Origin: Hormiphora californensis
Lineage: Eukaryota; Animalia; Ctenophora
NCBI GenBank assembly: GCA_020137815.1
Contig: CM035359.1
Span: 2,604,001 to 2,668,000, forward strand
Length of the DNA: 64,000 nucleotides
Direction of reading: 5' to 3'
Shown here piece after piece: positions 60,701 through 64,000 of the stretch. The notes beneath the pieces are model-generated. The model did not search any database and was not told where the DNA came from. It saw nothing but the letters and a program-made list of their open reading frames with translations. Position 1 is the first letter of the stretch. Every line of letters begins with the position of its first letter. The position numbers and the translations under genes are program-made.

Positions 60701-61045
60701 GATCTTCGTTTTACTGGTACCTTTAAACCACTGCAGGTAGAGAGATGTTAGATCTTCCACAGTTGAAGGAAGAGAATAGAGCAGAGGGAGTTAGATCTTG
60801 GGGGGGGGGTGGAGAAAAGGGTAGATCTCCCACTAGGTGGAGAGAAGGGGGGTAGTCGATACTTCATGGAGGAGAGTAGAATGACAAATAAGAGGTGAGT
60901 TAGATCCTTCATAGCAGTGAAATGAGTAACAAACTAGTGAAATACCTTGACTTCATCGGGTTTGGGGCTACCAGTTCCCGTACAGGTAACGTTCACTGCA
61001 TCTCCCGGGGCTATCGACCAGATCTTCTTGCTTAGGCTTACACTG
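51753..61045 (-). CDS. Immunoglobulin-superfamily single-pass membrane protein with at least 8 Ig-like domains (nephrin/nectin/hemicentin-like); 5' end not found
   Basis: More than 20 GT-AG exons with repeating L-x-C...P...W and D-x-G-x-Y-x-C half-domains (VNVTCTGTGSP, NYVCESTN, AEYKCSCEN, ITCTAEAYP, TYTCSSSN, LSCTVSAKPAP, FTCSTLGVP, YACELI). TM segment IIVALIVLVAFIIIVVILIVVVFV followed by RRKK at ~53210-53310. Tail ends ...KHDWY-stop. Confidence 0.8.
51860..52125 (-). repeat. ~40-45-bp tandem repeat of the exon end plus GTGAGT donor of the Ig gene
   Basis: Repeated cactcacatatttgtccccatgtggtcccccacccc on +, which reads ...aaatat|gtgagtg on -. Confidence 0.75.
53335..53690 (-). repeat. Short-unit (tctaacacctctc) array upstream of the TM-exon acceptor
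   Basis: About 25 copies of gag(a/g)tgttaga on +, including partial copies of the acceptor (tgtattgggaga). Confidence 0.85.
59985..60610 (-). repeat. 29-bp minisatellite (gagtctcacctggttaccatggttacacc) starting at an Ig-gene splice donor
   Basis: About 20 copies. On - each reads gtaaccatggtaaccag|gtgagac, matching the true junction gaccag|gtgagac at 60605/60604. Confidence 0.9.
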
Positions 61046-61321
61046 ATCAGTTGGGAGAGAGATATAGTCTCTAGAGAGAGAATATAGTTTAGCGGAGAGT
61101 GGAGAGAGATAGAGAGGTGGGGAGATATGAGGCGACTAGTACTCGCATCTCGAGCGCTACTATGCTCCCCGTGATCTGCTATGCGAGAGCAAGCATCGCG
61201 CCTCGAGAGGCTCGCTCTAGCCTCGCTCTCGCTCATCTCTCCTCTCTCTATCTCTCCTTCGTCTGTGCATGCCTACTCTATATCTAGCGTTACAGCGCTC
61301 TCTCATCTTCTCTTATCATCT

Positions 61322-61387
<66 letters not shown>

Positions 61388-61487
61388 TCCTCTCTCTCTA
61401 TCTCCCTCTCTTCTACTTCTCTCGCTCTCCTCTCTCTCTCTCTCTCTCTCGCTCTCTCCTCTCTCTCTTCTCCTCTCTTCTCTCTCT

Positions 61488-61545
<58 letters not shown>

Positions 61546-61719
61546 TGTCTCTCTCTCTTTCTCTCTCTCTTTTTCCTTTCCTTCGTCTACTTCTCTCCCT
61601 CTCTCTGGTCGAGACGGGAACCAGCTCGCGTTGAAATAGTTGCTATGTTGCAATTTACCCTTGAAACATACACATGTGCCAGCGTCTGGAGATATATCCC
61701 GTTTGTTTAACTAAAGTTA

Positions 61720-61830
61720 CCCAATTATGGCCAATTAGAGCACTTTCTCCACCTCGGAGAGCTTGCGTAAGTTGCTCACGCGATTCAGCGTATCAAAATT
61801 AGTCGGGTAGGGTGGTTTTCGCTTTTATAA
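61720..61830. mobile_element. Fragment related to the IS3EU-like element at 28321-29294
   Basis: Shared gattcagcgtatcaaaattagtcgggt...gtggttttcgcttt. Confidence 0.7.
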
Positions 61831-62080
61831 CAATTAGTTGCCTTTTTAGCTTATTTTTGACCAGTTTTTCCTCTTATCTACTAAGTATATAGAGAGTATA
61901 GGGGATGTGGAGAGAGAGCATGAGATGGAACATTATAGCGTGTAGACATCAGACAAGTTAAACTAGCCATTGGTATATTGTATTCGCTTTACTTCCTGGA
62001 GCCAATGCTCTGACAGCTGGTTGGAAGATAAGCTAGACTACTGGAAGATATGCTAATACTGTTGGAAGGTACTATGCTAT

Positions 62081-62400
62081 GTTACTTTTGTTACTTTTGT
62101 TACTTTTGTTACTTTTGTTACTTTTGTTACTTTTGTTACTTTTGTTACTTTTGTTACTTTTGTTACTTTTGTTACTTTTGTTACTTTTGTTACTTTTTGG
62201 AGCTTCTCAAGCTCAGTTTCCTTGCAGGCCCAAACGGTTACAGTTGCCGGGAGGGTGTTCCAGAGACGAGGTGCCATCACTACGAAGCCATTTTCAAAGA
62301 GTGACTCCGCTCGCCGACTGGGGTCTCACGTTGATGTAGTCGTTGAGTTTGTAGTCGCTTCCGGTATACACATTTCATTTCAATATCCCAGTCACTGAGC
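62081..62400 (-). mobile_element. Decayed L2/CR1-type LINE 3' fragment abutting a (gttactttt)n array
   Basis: Minus frame SLFENGFVVMAPRLWNTLP resembles the L2/CR1 C-terminal ...PRLWN-x-LP motif. About 13 copies of the 9-mer at 62081-62198. Confidence 0.5.
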
Positions 62401-62522
62401 CTTCACGACACTTTATAGGATCAAGTGGTCCTGCACCCCACACAAATTCGAAAAAACAAATAGGTAACAATTATTAACCCTTTTACAGTGTATATGTCAC
62501 TTGAGGAAGCCTTTATTTATTT

Positions 62523-62717
62523 ATGGTAAACCGTCAGACTATGTCAGGACATTTCAGATCGCTAAACTTGCTACTTTTCCTGATATGTATCCACCATGTT
62601 ACCTCCGAGACACCCAACATCATTCTCATCATGGCGGATGATTTAGGGTATGCAGACATCACCCCTAACAACCCATCCAATCCCTTTACCCCCAACATAA
62701 CCCGCCTCGCTAATGTA
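62523..62717 (+). CDS. Sulfatase (arylsulfatase family), first coding exon, broken by low-quality sequence
   Basis: Signal peptide followed by PNIILIMADDLGYAD...TPNITRLA. Confidence 0.8.
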
Positions 62718-62719
62718 GG

Positions 62720-64000
62720 GGGGCACGGGTTTTGATCTTGGGGGCGGAAAAAAGGGGGGTTTAGATTTTCCACTTGGGGGGTGGAGGGGGAAGGGGGGGG
62801 GTAGACCCCCTTTAAAAACTACTTCATGGAGGAGGTAGAATACAAAAAAAGAGGTGAGTTAGATCCCATACATAAAATGAGTAAAAACTAGTGAAATCCT
62901 TTTACTTCACGGTTTGGGGCTCCATTCCCCGTCGAAACGTTCACTGCACCCCGGGGCTTCGCCAGATCTTTGCTTGGGCTTACACTGACTTTGGGGAGGA
63001 GAGATATAGTCTCTAGAAGGAGAGAGAGGAAGGGGAGAAGAAGAGAGAGAGAGAGGAGAAAGGAGAAGAGAAGAGAGAGGGAAGGAGAGGAGAGGAGGAG
63101 TAGAGAGAGAAGAGATTACTAAAAGGGAATTATCCTTTTATAGATAGATTTTTTGGGTTTTTGGGGGAAAAAGGATTTTAAAAAAAACCCCCTTTTTTTA
63201 AAAAAAAAAAACCCTCCCGGGAGTGCCAACAAAGGACCCCCCGCCCCTCCCTACCCTATCATTTGCTCATATCAATAAGGTTCATTCTATATCATTTTTT
63301 ATTTTTTGCTTGTTGTTTATGTTTTCCAGGGACACAAAAAGGACCCCACCCATCCCCTATATTCTCATATCAATAAGATCGTTCATTCTATATTCTTTTT
63401 GTTACGTTAAATTTTTTATGTTTTCCAGTTTTTCCCCATTGTGTGTGGGGAGGAGAGAGAGAGAGAGGGGGGGGGGGGATACTGAAAAAAGATGAGAAAA
63501 ACATGGGGTGAGGGGGAAAAAGGATGTTTGAAAATTCTTTTTTCCTCGGTTTTTCCCAATGCAGGCAAAAAAGACGCTATGAACTTTCGAATTTAAACCC
63601 AATTGTTTTTTCCCCGAAGGGGTTTCCCCCCAAAAAAAACCCTCCGAAAAACCCAACTCATTCTCATCATGGCAGATATTTAGGGTTGGGGACTCCCCCA
63701 AAAACCCAACCCCCCCCACCCCTTTTAAAACCCCCCCCAACTAACCCACCTCGCTAATGGGGGGAATCCGGTTCAGGACTACCCAGCGCTGCACCCGTAT
63801 GCCCCCCGATCGGGGTACATAGGGGTCAGCGCTGTCCCCGAGGGGGGTGGAATTTGACGGCGGCTCCCCAAAACGACGGGGAGTTTTTCAAATTTTGGCC
63901 CAAAGCTCAACTGGGGGTTTCCTCCCCGAAAGGAAAAATACGTTTGCACATTTTCAAAAAAAATAAAGGTTGCAACGGAGTCGTGGGGAAGGGGCATCGG
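62720..64000 (+). other. Noisy same-orientation duplicate of ~60770-62720 plus a short extension (probable assembly artefact)
   Basis: 62820-63015 mirrors 60860-61075 (acttcatggagga..., gagatatagtctctaga). 63570-63760 mirrors the sulfatase exon (cattctcatcatggcagat). Confidence 0.85.

Noticed and set aside
61181-62339. SLSL, ERER, poly-Leu and CYF repeat ORFs
   Set aside because: They are microsatellite translations.

Overview
Eukaryotic, intron-rich animal DNA, most likely a ctenophore. That call is inference: the ~109-bp hAT-type MITE translating as [33 protein letters not shown] matches my recollection of a Pleurobrachia repeat. Hand-built gene models: (1) a 14-exon PRC1/MAP65/Ase1 microtubule cross-linker with an unusual ~200-aa insertion (+, 13887-26073); (2) a single-coding-exon MFS transporter (-, 26681-28012); (3) CFAP44/WDR52 with a long acidic N-terminal extension (+, 29959-50954); (4) a secreted F-type-lectin-like gene nested antisense in a CFAP44 intron; (5) a transmembrane protein with at least 8 Ig domains (-, 51753-61045, 5' end not found); (6) the first exon of a sulfatase (+, 62523 onward). 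Introns and intergenic DNA hold many non-autonomous DNA transposons (IS3EU-, Academ-, Tc1/mariner-, pogo-, hAT- and MuDR/Merlin-like), LINE fragments and satellites. Two homopolymer-inflated blocks (~2640-5270 and ~62720-64000) look like low-quality duplicated reads. The most unusual signals are: minisatellites and short duplications built from the genes' own splice signals (branch points, donors, acceptors); a 29-bp array that combines a CAG|GTGAG junction with an RFX X-box; and an unclassified double-hairpin mobile element with 8-9 bp target-site duplications and loop-to-loop deleted mini copies.
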